Positions 20,029-29,292 of a stretch of 64,000 nucleotides of DNA are shown here, in pieces (the first letter of the stretch is position 1; each line of letters begins with the position of its first letter). A model generated the notes under the pieces. It did not search any database. It worked only from the letters and a program-made list of their open reading frames with translations, and was not told the DNA's origin. The stretch is taken from positions 248,001-312,000 of IMG/VR virus record IMGVR_UViG_3300028666_000022. One strand, 5' to 3'. Made by a program: the position numbers and the translations under genes.

Positions 20029-20166
20029 ATGTTAATTGGTTTAATAATAGGATTTTTATTGGGTATTATCTTAGAAGAAATATTTTTAATTTATTTAATT
20101 AGATTTCTTAAAAAGAAAGGTTATATTAAGTTTGGTAAAAAAATTAAAAACATAAAATTTAAATAA
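20029..20166 (+). CDS. Small membrane protein (45 aa)
   Basis: Hand translation MLIGLIIGFLLGIILEEIFLIYLIRFLKKKG..., one TM plus basic tail. Confidence 0.5.
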   Translation: MLIGLIIGFLLGIILEEIFLIYLIRFLKKKGYIKFGKKIKNIKFK

Positions 20167-20167
20167 A

Positions 20168-20335
20168 ATGAAAAGATTTGTAATATCATTGTTATTATTC
20201 TTTTGGTTCATATTTACCATAATATCAGCATTATCAATAATTGGAATAATATTATTAGATTCTTGTTATGATAGTAATGGAGAAAGTATTTGGTTTGGAA
20301 TTGGTAATGATTTAAAAAATGAATTATTAAAATAA
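20168..20335 (+). CDS. Small membrane protein (55 aa)
   Basis: Hand translation MKRFVISLLLFFWFIFTIISALSIIGIILLDS... Confidence 0.5.
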   Translation: MKRFVISLLLFFWFIFTIISALSIIGIILLDSCYDSNGESIWFGIGNDLKNELLK

Positions 20336-20341
20336 GTTTTT

Positions 20342-21166
20342 ATGATAAAGATTGGTATAATTGGGCTTGGATTTGTTGGTAATGCTGTTTATTCTTTTTA
20401 TGGAGATAAAAACTTTAATATAATTAAATATGATATTCAAAGAGAAAAATCAGACTTTAATACATTAAATGATTTTTTGAATGAAAAACCTGAATATATT
20501 TTTCTTTGTGTGCCAACACCTGAAGTAAATCATAAGTCTAATTTTGGTATTATTGGTGATTTATTATTAGAAATTGAAGAATATTCAATTAGAAATAATC
20601 ATGAATTTAAGATTATTATTAAATCTACTGTATCACCAGAATTTTTAAAAACTTTAAAAACCAGAATAAATAATTCAATTTTAATTACATTTCCAGAATT
20701 TCTTTCTCAAAAAACTGCAGTAGAAGATTTTGAAAATAGTGAAATTTTAATATTTGGTTGCGAAAATCAAGTAGTTTTAGATAAAACAATATTTGATTTA
20801 TGTGTTGGATTTAGTAAATTAACTAAAGTTTATAAATTTTATGATATTGGAACACCAATGAAATTTAAATATGTTCATAATGTTATGGGAGCATTATCTA
20901 TTTTAATGTCAAATATTATGTTTGATTATATTAATGATGAACATATATATAGTATATTTAAAGAATTTTTAGTTAAAACTAATCATTTTACTGATACATA
21001 TTTAAATGTTCCCGGACATGATGGTAGTAGAGGATTTGGTGGAGCTTGTTTTCCTAAAGATTTGGTGAGTTTTATTGAACAAATATCTGTTGATGAAAAC
21101 ATAAGTACAGAAGAATTTGAATTCATTGCCAAAGCTAAAATATTAAATAATAAATTAAGAAAATGA
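20342..21166 (+). CDS. UDP-glucose/GDP-mannose dehydrogenase family protein (short form)
   Basis: IGIIGLGFVG, FLCVPTP, IIKSTV.P, PEFL, catalytic GFGGACFPKD; no C-terminal UDP-binding domain. Confidence 0.85.
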   Translation: MIKIGIIGLGFVGNAVYSFYGDKNFNIIKYDIQREKSDFNTLNDFLNEKPEYIFLCVPTPEVNHKSNFGIIGDLLLEIEEYSIRNNHEFKIIIKSTVSPEFLKTLKTRINNSILITFPEFLSQKTAVEDFENSEILIFGCENQVVLDKTIFDLCVGFSKLTKVYKFYDIGTPMKFKYVHNVMGALSILMSNIMFDYINDEHIYSIFKEFLVKTNHFTDTYLNVPGHDGSRGFGGACFPKDLVSFIEQISVDENISTEEFEFIAKAKILNNKLRK

Positions 21167-21390
21167 AAACATTAAATTTAATTCTAAAAATATTCTTTAT
21201 TAGAATAGTAAAGAAGGAAGAAAAAGTAATTGATAATCGTGAAATAATTTCATATGATTTAACAGTAGGTGGAATTTGTGAGAGAGGTTATGGTAATGTT
21301 AAAATAAATACTTATTATTTTATAGAATTTTTTATTAATCCACTTAACAATAAATCTATTGGTAAATTTAAAACATATAAAATAAATTAA
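21163..21390 (+). CDS. Hypothetical protein
   Basis: ORF track; ATGA overlap with upstream stop. Confidence 0.55.
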   Translation: MKTLNLILKIFFIRIVKKEEKVIDNREIISYDLTVGGICERGYGNVKINTYYFIEFFINPLNNKSIGKFKTYKIN

Positions 21391-21394
21391 TATA

Positions 21395-21760
21395 ATGAAA
21401 GATTTAAACAAAGTAAATGAAAATTGTATTCTTTTAAAAAGAAATGAATATGATAAATTGGTTGAAAAAGCTAATAGTTGTAAACCTAATGAAATAATCA
21501 TAAATTGGAATTGGTATAAAGGTTATGGGTATGTTGGTGGTTTTGATGCTAATTTAAATGTTTCGGGTAATGTTGAATTATCAAATAAAATATTTAGACA
21601 ATTACGTAATATTTGTAACATAATTAAATTAGAATACGATACAAAAATTGTAGAAAATTATAATACAATAAAGAAAAATGCTAAAATCGATGTTTTAGAA
21701 AATTTTTCTAGTTTACCTTGGTATAAAAGATTATTTTTTAATGAAAAATATATAAAATAA
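21395..21760 (+). CDS. Hypothetical protein
   Basis: ORF track. Confidence 0.6.
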   Translation: MKDLNKVNENCILLKRNEYDKLVEKANSCKPNEIIINWNWYKGYGYVGGFDANLNVSGNVELSNKIFRQLRNICNIIKLEYDTKIVENYNTIKKNAKIDVLENFSSLPWYKRLFFNEKYIK

Positions 21761-21762
21761 AT

Positions 21763-23283
21763 ATGAAATTAATTAAAGCCAGCACAGAAATTATTACACC
21801 AATAAATGGTGAAGAAATTCTAAAACAAATTGAACTTGCATCAAGAACCTGTTATCAATCAGAAGGAAAAATAGAATATGAAGATTATATTGACAATGAA
21901 ATTGAACCACCAATTGGAGTTTTAAATTATTACGCTAAATCTGCTCGTGTTTTAATACCCAAACTAATATCACGTGGTCACGAAGCTATGTTAGAATTTG
22001 GTGGTAATATTAGTGTTAAATTTATTTGTGATCGTGGCGTAAGTCATGAACTTGTTCGTCATAGAATTGCTAGTTTTGCTCAAGAAAGCACGAGATATGT
22101 ATCATCTTGTGAAAAAAGAAATATTTTAGAGTTTAATTGTGATAATGAAATTGATATTATTAATGCATATAATCAGGGATTTTCAATGCGAGAAATTTCA
22201 GAATATAGCTGTAACACAGAATGGGAAATTCGTAAAATTTTATTAAAAAATAATGTATCAATTAGAGGATTAAATAATAAAGGTAATAGATGTGAAAATT
22301 ATTTTTCTAATATAGATTCACATGAAAAGGCTTATTTATTAGGTTTAATTCAAACTGATGGCTCTGTTCGCCGTACTTCAAAAGGAAGTTCAAGTCTATG
22401 TATTACTCAACATAAAGATTATGCTTGGTATATTAAATTAATGTTTTCTATATTTAGTGAATATGTTGGTGAAAGTAATGATAGAAATTGTAAACAAATA
22501 GTAATTGGTTCTAAAAAAATTGTAAATGATTTAAATAATTTAGGAATAGTTCAAAATAAAACTGAAAAACAATCTGATAAAGACATAGATATAATGTGGA
22601 ATAGTATCCCCAAAGAATATCTTAATTCATTTATTAGGGGGTTAATTGATGGTGACGGATATGTTTGTTTTTTCAAACAAAAGAAAAGTATAAATGAAAG
22701 TTGTAATATTGGTTTTTGTTCCGTTAATGAGCATTTAATTGATATTCTTATTGATTTTATTAAAAATAATTTTGATTATTCATGTACTAAGTATAAAGAT
22801 AAAAATGTTTATAAATTTAGTATTACCAATTATAAAAAATCTATTTATATTGGTGAGTGGTTATTTAAAGATTTTAAATATCCCTTTGGACACCCCAAAA
22901 AATCTAGTGCTTGGATTAAAAGAATAAATAAACAATATCCAATAGCAGAATTTGGAGGGAATAAATTCATTATAATTAAACCATTGTGGTTAGATTCAAG
23001 TTCTCCAGAATCTATATTTAAGTATATTCATACTATGAATAATATTGAAGTAACATATGAAAAGTTAATATTAGGTGGTTGGTCACCTCAACAAGCTCGT
23101 AGTGTTCTTCCAAATTCTCTTAAAACAGAAATTAATGTTTCTTGTAATATTAGAGAATGGAGACATATTTTTAAACTTCGTTGTGCTAATGCTGCACATC
23201 CAGATATGCAATATTTAATGAGGCCACTATTAAAAGAATTTCAAAGTAGAATTCCAATTTTGTTTAATGATTTAAAATATTAA
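21763..23283 (+). CDS. thyX: Flavin-dependent thymidylate synthase ThyX carrying an in-frame HTH+LAGLIDADG insertion
   Basis: GHEAMLE, RGVSHELVRHRIASFAQESTRY, then about 280 foreign aa, then ARSVLPNSLKTEI...NIREWRHIFKLRC...AHPDM. Confidence 0.93.
   Translation: MKLIKASTEIITPINGEEILKQIELASRTCYQSEGKIEYEDYIDNEIEPPIGVLNYYAKSARVLIPKLISRGHEAMLEFGGNISVKFICDRGVSHELVRHRIASFAQESTRYVSSCEKRNILEFNCDNEIDIINAYNQGFSMREISEYSCNTEWEIRKILLKNNVSIRGLNNKGNRCENYFSNIDSHEKAYLLGLIQTDGSVRRTSKGSSSLCITQHKDYAWYIKLMFSIFSEYVGESNDRNCKQIVIGSKKIVNDLNNLGIVQNKTEKQSDKDIDIMWNSIPKEYLNSFIRGLIDGDGYVCFFKQKKSINESCNIGFCSVNEHLIDILIDFIKNNFDYSCTKYKDKNVYKFSITNYKKSIYIGEWLFKDFKYPFGHPKKSSAWIKRINKQYPIAEFGGNKFIIIKPLWLDSSSPESIFKYIHTMNNIEVTYEKLILGGWSPQQARSVLPNSLKTEINVSCNIREWRHIFKLRCANAAHPDMQYLMRPLLKEFQSRIPILFNDLKY
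22102..22935 (+). mobile_element. In-frame HTH + double-motif LAGLIDADG endonuclease insert without intein motifs (boundaries approximate)
   Basis: GFSMREISE HTH, AYLLGLIQTDGS, FIRGLIDGDGY; no intein block A, F or G. Confidence 0.72.
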
Positions 23284-23301
23284 TACTAAAACAACTTTAA
23301 T

Positions 23302-24426
23302 ATGAATAACCTAGAAAATGTAGAAATATTATCTAATGAAATAAAAGAAGTAATTGGAATAATTGTAAATAAATGTCCAGATGTTGTTTTCGGTGGATCA
23401 ATTGCATTAAATGCTGTTGGTTTAATCAATAGAAAAGTATCTGATATTGATATATTTGTTAGAGATAATAAATCCTTAACTAATGGTAATTTATTAGATG
23501 CAGGAATAATTGATGATGAGAGTTTATTGTCTGATACTGTAACAAACACCAATGGAAAAGAAATTCAACGTACTGGTGCTAAAATTAATGGTATAAAAAT
23601 CTGTATTTTTAAAGTTGATACTGAAGAATTACAACATTCAATATGTGAATTTTCTGGATTAAAAATTAAAATTCAAAATATTAATTATGCTATTCAAGCT
23701 AAATTATCATATAAGTTTAAAAATGAAAAACATAAAGATGATTTAGATGAAATATTTAAGGAAATTGATAAAATGTTAGAGAAAAAAGATTTAGATAAAA
23801 TACTTCTTAAAGGAGCATTTGTTGATGATAGAAAAGATGAAGAAGTACTTAATGATGAAAAATTAAATAATGATGAATATCTTTTTAAAGAAAATAATAA
23901 ATATATTATGAAAACATGGAATTATAACCCACCGTATGAAATCGTTTTTGGAACACAAGATGATTGGAATCAAACATTAGTAACAGCATTTAATAGTGTT
24001 ATTGAAGAAAATAATATACTCAATTTTCCAATTGAAATATATTCTCCAGAAAAATTTAGAAAAATATTTGAATCACTATATTATTATAACCCAAAAGATA
24101 ATACTCTTAGTAATAAATATATTGTTAAGTATGGAAGTAGTAATTTTCAAAACATTATTCTAATTAATAGCCAATATGAATTAGAAATACTTAACTATGT
24201 GGAAGAAAATAATGTTGAAACTAAATCAGATATTTTATTAGGTATTGAATATCTTATTAAGGAACGAGATGATGTAATAGATAGTTTTATTAATATCATC
24301 AAAAATAAATTATACTCGAAAGAATATTGTTTACAAGAATTGGATATTATTTTAGAATTTAATAAAAAAATTAAAATTCTTGAAGATACTTTAATATTTT
24401 TAAGAATAAAAAATAAAAACAATTAA
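23302..24426 (+). CDS. Nucleotidyltransferase-fold N-terminal domain fused to an unknown C-terminal region
   Basis: VFGGSIAL...RKVSDIDIFV matches hG[GS]x9-13DhD. Confidence 0.6.
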   Translation: MNNLENVEILSNEIKEVIGIIVNKCPDVVFGGSIALNAVGLINRKVSDIDIFVRDNKSLTNGNLLDAGIIDDESLLSDTVTNTNGKEIQRTGAKINGIKICIFKVDTEELQHSICEFSGLKIKIQNINYAIQAKLSYKFKNEKHKDDLDEIFKEIDKMLEKKDLDKILLKGAFVDDRKDEEVLNDEKLNNDEYLFKENNKYIMKTWNYNPPYEIVFGTQDDWNQTLVTAFNSVIEENNILNFPIEIYSPEKFRKIFESLYYYNPKDNTLSNKYIVKYGSSNFQNIILINSQYELEILNYVEENNVETKSDILLGIEYLIKERDDVIDSFINIIKNKLYSKEYCLQELDIILEFNKKIKILEDTLIFLRIKNKNN

Positions 24427-24427
24427 A

Positions 24428-24658
24428 ATGGAACACGAAGAAGGAGCAATATTATTAACACCACTAACTTCAGAAAAAGAATATGTATTTAAATCATTGG
24501 AAAATGATGAATATTTAATTAGTTTAATTAATTCACATAAAGAAAAATTATATGAAAGAAATATTGAAATATTTCATCAAGAAAATAATATATTAATAAC
24601 TGAAGAAGGCTATTATGTTGCAGTATATACCAAAAATTTAAGGAGTATTAATGAATAA
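24428..24658 (+). CDS. Hypothetical protein
   Basis: ORF track. Confidence 0.55.
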   Translation: MEHEEGAILLTPLTSEKEYVFKSLENDEYLISLINSHKEKLYERNIEIFHQENNILITEEGYYVAVYTKNLRSINE

Positions 24659-24690
24659 AACAAATAATTAAATATTTTTAATGATTCTAA

Positions 24691-24930
24691 ATGATAATAT
24701 TATATACAATAATAATTATTTTATTAGTTATTATTCTTTTACTTGCATTGGCATTATATATTTTTTCAAAAAAATCAATATTTTTATCTGAAAAAGAAAA
24801 AGAATATATTATCTTTGTTATTGATATATTTATACAATATGGTGATGATTTAGGTATTCAATCAAAAGAACAACATCTGAAATTAACCGAAGAACTTGAA
24901 AAAATTAAAAATAAACACTTAAATATATGA
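24691..24930 (+). CDS. Hypothetical single-pass membrane protein
   Basis: N-terminal hydrophobic helix. Confidence 0.6.
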   Translation: MIILYTIIIILLVIILLLALALYIFSKKSIFLSEKEKEYIIFVIDIFIQYGDDLGIQSKEQHLKLTEELEKIKNKHLNI

Positions 24931-25142
24931 AATTTCACGTAAATATATGGAACAAACAAGATAAGGAATATGTTATGTTAATTCTCACTGAAGAAGATAT
25001 TGAAAATGAAAGTAAGAAACATCTTGGTGCTGGTTATGAAATATTAATTTTACCATCAAAATATAAAGATGTTCATTCTCCATATTTAGATACAATTAGA
25101 ATGTTGTCTATTGCTAGATGTGGTGAAATTATTTACGTTTAA
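24927..25142 (+). CDS. Hypothetical protein
   Basis: ORF track. Confidence 0.5.
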   Translation: MKFHVNIWNKQDKEYVMLILTEEDIENESKKHLGAGYEILILPSKYKDVHSPYLDTIRMLSIARCGEIIYV

Positions 25143-25154
25143 AAATTTAAATAT

Positions 25155-25340
25155 ATGAAAAAGGAAGTTGCTGATAAAATAAAATCTTTTTTCGACAAAG
25201 AATTAAGAGGTATTGATCATAAAATTTGGGAAAATAAATACCAAATGAAAAAATTAGTTCTTGAACAAACAATATTAAAACGAACACGTGCCGAATTAGA
25301 TAAATTATCTCGAAGTATGGATATTAAAACAAAAATATAA
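25155..25340 (+). CDS. Hypothetical coiled-coil protein
   Basis: ORF track. Confidence 0.55.
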   Translation: MKKEVADKIKSFFDKELRGIDHKIWENKYQMKKLVLEQTILKRTRAELDKLSRSMDIKTKI

Positions 25341-25351
25341 AAATTTATATC

Positions 25352-25552
25352 ATGACAAAGAAAATAATAATCGAACAGGATGAGAATTTAAATATGTTAA
25401 GCATTAGAACTGCTGAAGATATTAGTATATTTTATGGTAATGAATGGGATTTCGATAGAAGTGGAAATAGTTTTAAAAAATTATTTGAAAAACTAGGTCT
25501 TGAAGTTGAAATTCTTGATGTTGATATGAGCGATGAGTTTAACTATGAATAA
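25352..25552 (+). CDS. Hypothetical acidic protein
   Basis: ORF track. Confidence 0.55.
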   Translation: MTKKIIIEQDENLNMLSIRTAEDISIFYGNEWDFDRSGNSFKKLFEKLGLEVEILDVDMSDEFNYE

Positions 25553-25562
25553 ATAAAAATAT

Positions 25563-25901
25563 ATGAAAAATATAGATGATTACCCATATAAAAGAATTCA
25601 AACTAAAGAAGGAAAATGGAATTTAATAAATAAAAAAAATGATATATTAATATCCAATGTTTGGTTCGATAATCTAGGAACATGGAGTTCATATTCATGT
25701 ATTGTTGGTAAAGAACTAGATGTTTTTGGTTGGGATGGACTAATATTTTTAGAAAAACCAACAAAAACACCAAAAAGTGCATATCCATATAGTGTTAAAG
25801 CTAAAATTTATCATTATAGTAGTGAAGGTGAATTATTAAGTGTTGGAGAGAATACTTGTGGAATATGGGGTCATGGTTATGTTGAAAATGTTATATATTA
25901 A
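25563..25901 (+). CDS. Hypothetical protein, possibly a WG-repeat-like unit
   Basis: GKWNLINKK...VWFDNL resembles KWG/WG repeats; weak. Confidence 0.45.
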   Translation: MKNIDDYPYKRIQTKEGKWNLINKKNDILISNVWFDNLGTWSSYSCIVGKELDVFGWDGLIFLEKPTKTPKSAYPYSVKAKIYHYSSEGELLSVGENTCGIWGHGYVENVIY

Positions 25902-25907
25902 ATAATA

Positions 25908-26426
25908 GTGAAAATGGAATTTATGATGGAAAAATCAGCAATTATTTCAGATTGTAAACAATATCGATATAGACTTGAAAGAACATGGGACAAAACTAAA
26001 CCTAAAGTATTATTCTTAATGCTAAATCCAAGCACTGCAGATTCATTTATTGATGATCCTACAATAAGAAGATGTATAGGTTTTGCTAGAAGTTGGAATT
26101 ATGGAGGAATTTTGGTTGGAAATTTATTTGCTTTTAGAGCTACAGATCCTAAAACATTATTAAATATTTATGATCCTATTGGTGAAGATAATCAAAAACA
26201 TTTAAAAGAAATGTATAATGAAGCTGAAATTATAATAACTGCATGGGGAAATAGTGGAATTGTTGAAAAAACATTTAAAAAATTTAAAGACTATAAACCA
26301 CTTGAAGGTGCTAAAGAATTATATTACTTAGAATTAAGTAAAACTGGTACGCCTAAACATCCTCTGTATTTAAAAAAAGATTTAAAACCAATTAAGTTCG
26401 AAATACCGAAAAGAAGGAATTATTAA
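25908..26426 (+). CDS. DUF1643 family protein (start may be ATG 25914)
   Basis: YRYRLER.W, MLNPSTAD...DDPTIRRC, NLFAFRATDP, AWG, PKHPLY. Confidence 0.88.
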   Translation: MKMEFMMEKSAIISDCKQYRYRLERTWDKTKPKVLFLMLNPSTADSFIDDPTIRRCIGFARSWNYGGILVGNLFAFRATDPKTLLNIYDPIGEDNQKHLKEMYNEAEIIITAWGNSGIVEKTFKKFKDYKPLEGAKELYYLELSKTGTPKHPLYLKKDLKPIKFEIPKRRNY

Positions 26427-26453
26427 AATTTTTAATCACATAAAATTATAGAT

Positions 26454-26891
26454 ATGAAAATTATTAAATTTTTAAAAAATATCTTCTCCAATGAAAAAGA
26501 TATTGTAAAATGTAATACAAATGGTTTAAATAAACTTAGTAAAAATTTTCATGATTTCCAAATGAAAATGGGGTTTACTAATGGTGATATTGTTCAAAGA
26601 TTGATGTTGGTTCATTCTGAAATTTCAGAAGCATTTGAAGCTTATCGTAATGATAGGTTTTGTAATACAGAAAATTTTAAATTTGACATACAAATTATGG
26701 ACGGTACGGAATTGTTTAAAAAACAATTTGAAAAAAGTGTAAAAGATACTTTTGAAGATGAACTTGCAGACAGCATAATTAGATTATTAGCTATATGTGG
26801 AGAAAATAATATTGATATTGAATTTCACATAGAACAAAAAATGAGATATAACGAATTACGTGGTTTTAAATATGGTGGTAAAAAATTTTAA
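26454..26891 (+). CDS. MazG-like nucleoside triphosphate pyrophosphohydrolase
   Basis: LMLVHSEISEAFEAYR...DELADSIIR...KMRYN..R...GGK.F. Confidence 0.85.
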   Translation: MKIIKFLKNIFSNEKDIVKCNTNGLNKLSKNFHDFQMKMGFTNGDIVQRLMLVHSEISEAFEAYRNDRFCNTENFKFDIQIMDGTELFKKQFEKSVKDTFEDELADSIIRLLAICGENNIDIEFHIEQKMRYNELRGFKYGGKKF

Positions 26892-26951
26892 AATCTTGTA
26901 ACAAAAATAAAAATAATTCGTTTTAATAATTAAATTAAAAATAAATTTAGT

Positions 26952-27161
26952 ATGAAAAGATATGTTATTTTATTCAACAACGGCCAAATTGTACAACAAA
27001 TAGGTCTTAATACCACATACTTACAATTACATAGTATTGGTGTTATAAAAATGATAATAGATACTAAAGAAGGTAAAATATTAACGGGTGAAAAATGGGA
27101 ATGGACTATAATTCCAGAATATCATGACAGTTCATTAGTAACAGAAATTAATACTAAATAA
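26952..27161 (+). CDS. Hypothetical protein
   Basis: ORF track; promoter-like TTGTAACAAA upstream. Confidence 0.5.
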   Translation: MKRYVILFNNGQIVQQIGLNTTYLQLHSIGVIKMIIDTKEGKILTGEKWEWTIIPEYHDSSLVTEINTK

Positions 27162-27172
27162 AATTAATTATT

Positions 27173-27364
27173 ATGAAACCAGTTCTAATACTTAAATATA
27201 AGGTTGAAAATGATTCTATGACTGATGAAGAATTTTATAGTCAAGAAGAACGTCAGTTAATTGTAACTGAGGAAATGATCGAAGATTTAATTAAAAATGC
27301 AGATAGAAATCTAAATCGTGGAGATTATATTTTATATGAAAATGTTTATTTAAATAAAATTTAA
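27173..27364 (+). CDS. Hypothetical protein
   Basis: ORF track. Confidence 0.5.
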   Translation: MKPVLILKYKVENDSMTDEEFYSQEERQLIVTEEMIEDLIKNADRNLNRGDYILYENVYLNKI

Positions 27365-27367
27365 AAT

Positions 27368-28129
27368 ATGTATTATTTAATCCAAGAAAATACCTTTAGA
27401 GAAGAAAACTATGATTTAATTTGGCAAACTCTTGATAGAATGAGTTTACCTTACGAAATTGTAAAAGTACGTCCTTTTCTTGAAGATTTTGAATTTAGCA
27501 CAAAAAGAAAAGATATATTCTGTTTTGGTTCATTAAAAATGGCAAGACTATCAAATAAATATAGTTGGAAACCCGGTAGTTTAATGAATGATAATCATGA
27601 TTATCAAATTTATAAAAATTATTATAATGAAAATCTTCTAAATTATGATTCTAAAATAATTAAATTTGGTGATGAAATTGATTTAGATTATTTCTTTGCT
27701 CGTCCATGTAAAGATACTAAAGTTTTTACAGGAAAATCATTTACTTTAAATGAATGGAATGAATTTAAACAACAATCTTTAACTAATGGACATTCAACTA
27801 TATTAGATTTAAATACTGAAGTTCAGATTGCATCAGTTAAAGAAATTCAAAAAGAATATAGATTTTGGATTGTTGGTGGTGAATTAATTACTGGTTCTCA
27901 ATATAGATTAGGTAATAGATTCTGTTTATCTGATGTTATTGATGACGATGCAATAAGATATTGTAAAGAAATGATTAAATTATTTCAATTAGCAGATGCA
28001 TTTGTTATGGATATTTGTTTAACTGGTGATGAATGGAAAATAATTGAATGTGGTTGTATTAATTGTGCTGGATTTTATAAAGCAAATATACCTAAATTAA
28101 TTGATTCTTTAGAAAATTATTTTAATTAA
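27368..28129 (+). CDS. ATP-grasp protein (DUF4343/R2K-like)
   Basis: FARP..DTKVFTG, EYRFWIVGG, AFVMDI, KIIEC..N..GFY. Confidence 0.75.
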   Translation: MYYLIQENTFREENYDLIWQTLDRMSLPYEIVKVRPFLEDFEFSTKRKDIFCFGSLKMARLSNKYSWKPGSLMNDNHDYQIYKNYYNENLLNYDSKIIKFGDEIDLDYFFARPCKDTKVFTGKSFTLNEWNEFKQQSLTNGHSTILDLNTEVQIASVKEIQKEYRFWIVGGELITGSQYRLGNRFCLSDVIDDDAIRYCKEMIKLFQLADAFVMDICLTGDEWKIIECGCINCAGFYKANIPKLIDSLENYFN

Positions 28130-28135
28130 CTATAA

Positions 28136-28213
28136 AGGACATTATATGGGACAATATGTCCTAAATAACAAAAATCTTATTTATATCGGACATTTATAAG
28201 ACATGTCCGATAT
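28136..28213. terminator. Two adjacent hairpins between convergent genes
   Basis: AGGACAT/ATGTCCT (28136-62) and perfect 11-bp ATATCGGACAT/ATGTCCGATAT (28183-213). Confidence 0.6.
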
Positions 28214-28215
28214 TT

Positions 28216-28773
28216 TTATATAAAATCTCCTTGAGTTTCATTAAGAAAAGGAATAATATCTTCCTTGGCTGGAACACCAGTTATGTGCCTAAAATATTTT
28301 TGGAATCCTCCAATAGTGTGACTTGTAGTATCTGTAACAAGATCAGCATCTTCTACTTCATAATATCTTTTCTTTTCTCCACTTAAATTATATTCAATTA
28401 TATCACCCCTATCTATTTCTAAATTTTTTTCTTTTAATTCTTTTAAATAAACACCAAAATCAATTTTTCCACTATCCTGCCTCGTCACCCCTGCTGGTAT
28501 ATTTCCATAATATGCTTGCTCAGAGTTACTTACGTTTACCATTACATTTATTTGAACTGCTGACATATATTTCTTATCTTTAGGCTTCGCTTGTCCATAT
28601 AAACTATGTGTCTTGGTTTCAATTATATTAACTTTATGTATATATACATATTGAACATTATCTGTTTTTAAAAAATGTCTTCCATACTCAACCTCCAAAT
28701 CAAACGATTCTTGAGTCATAAATAACCCAAATCTCTGAGTCTTCTGATCAACTACTTGTTTTTTCTTTTTCAT
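28216..28773 (-). CDS. Neck/head-completion protein (T4 gp14-like)
   Basis: LYGQA, VYLKELKE...IDRGDII.Y, YYEV; lies downstream of the gp13-like gene. Confidence 0.55.
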   Translation of the reverse strand: MKKKKQVVDQKTQRFGLFMTQESFDLEVEYGRHFLKTDNVQYVYIHKVNIIETKTHSLYGQAKPKDKKYMSAVQINVMVNVSNSEQAYYGNIPAGVTRQDSGKIDFGVYLKELKEKNLEIDRGDIIEYNLSGEKKRYYEVEDADLVTDTTSHTIGGFQKYFRHITGVPAKEDIIPFLNETQGDFI

Positions 28774-29204
28774 TAGTGCATTTCAATTTTATAATTATTA
28801 ATATCTTCCTTTGGAAAATATTGTTTTAATTTACTTTTAATGTCATTAATAACATTATTTGGTAGATAATCATCCCAAAATGAAATAGTTTTAAAATCAA
28901 TCCAAATCCTTCCCCAATAATTTGTTTTATTCTTTATCTTATAAAACATGGCTTCATCTTCAGGTAATTTTAAATTGAAATTCTGAATAATCGCATCACC
29001 ATGTGCTCCACCTTCTTTAGAAACAATTAAATTATCATCATAAACAGAAAAAGCATAAGTATTTGAATTCCTAAAATAATTTGTTTCACCATCAACAGTA
29101 AGATGCTCAACACCTTCACTAATACTGAATTTATTATCTATTCGTAAAGTATTCTCAAATAATATCCTCTTGTTGCTTTTGAAATTCATGAAATGGAATT
29201 TCAT
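28773..29204 (-). CDS. Hypothetical protein
   Basis: ORF track; AGTATTTAT directly before the ATG. Confidence 0.55.
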   Translation of the reverse strand: MKFHFMNFKSNKRILFENTLRIDNKFSISEGVEHLTVDGETNYFRNSNTYAFSVYDDNLIVSKEGGAHGDAIIQNFNLKLPEDEAMFYKIKNKTNYWGRIWIDFKTISFWDDYLPNNVINDIKSKLKQYFPKEDINNYKIEMH

Positions 29205-29292
29205 ATAAATACTGAAAAAATAATTGTAAAATATTGATCTTTTTCGTAAATATTTAGTATTTATATTTGTAGTTCAAATAAACAACATTGAT

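Noticed and set aside
22102-22935. Calling the ThyX insert an intein or a group I intron
   Set aside because: No N-terminal C/S-L...T block, no block F/G or terminal His-Asn, and no non-coding room for an intron core; reported instead as a splice-less insertion.
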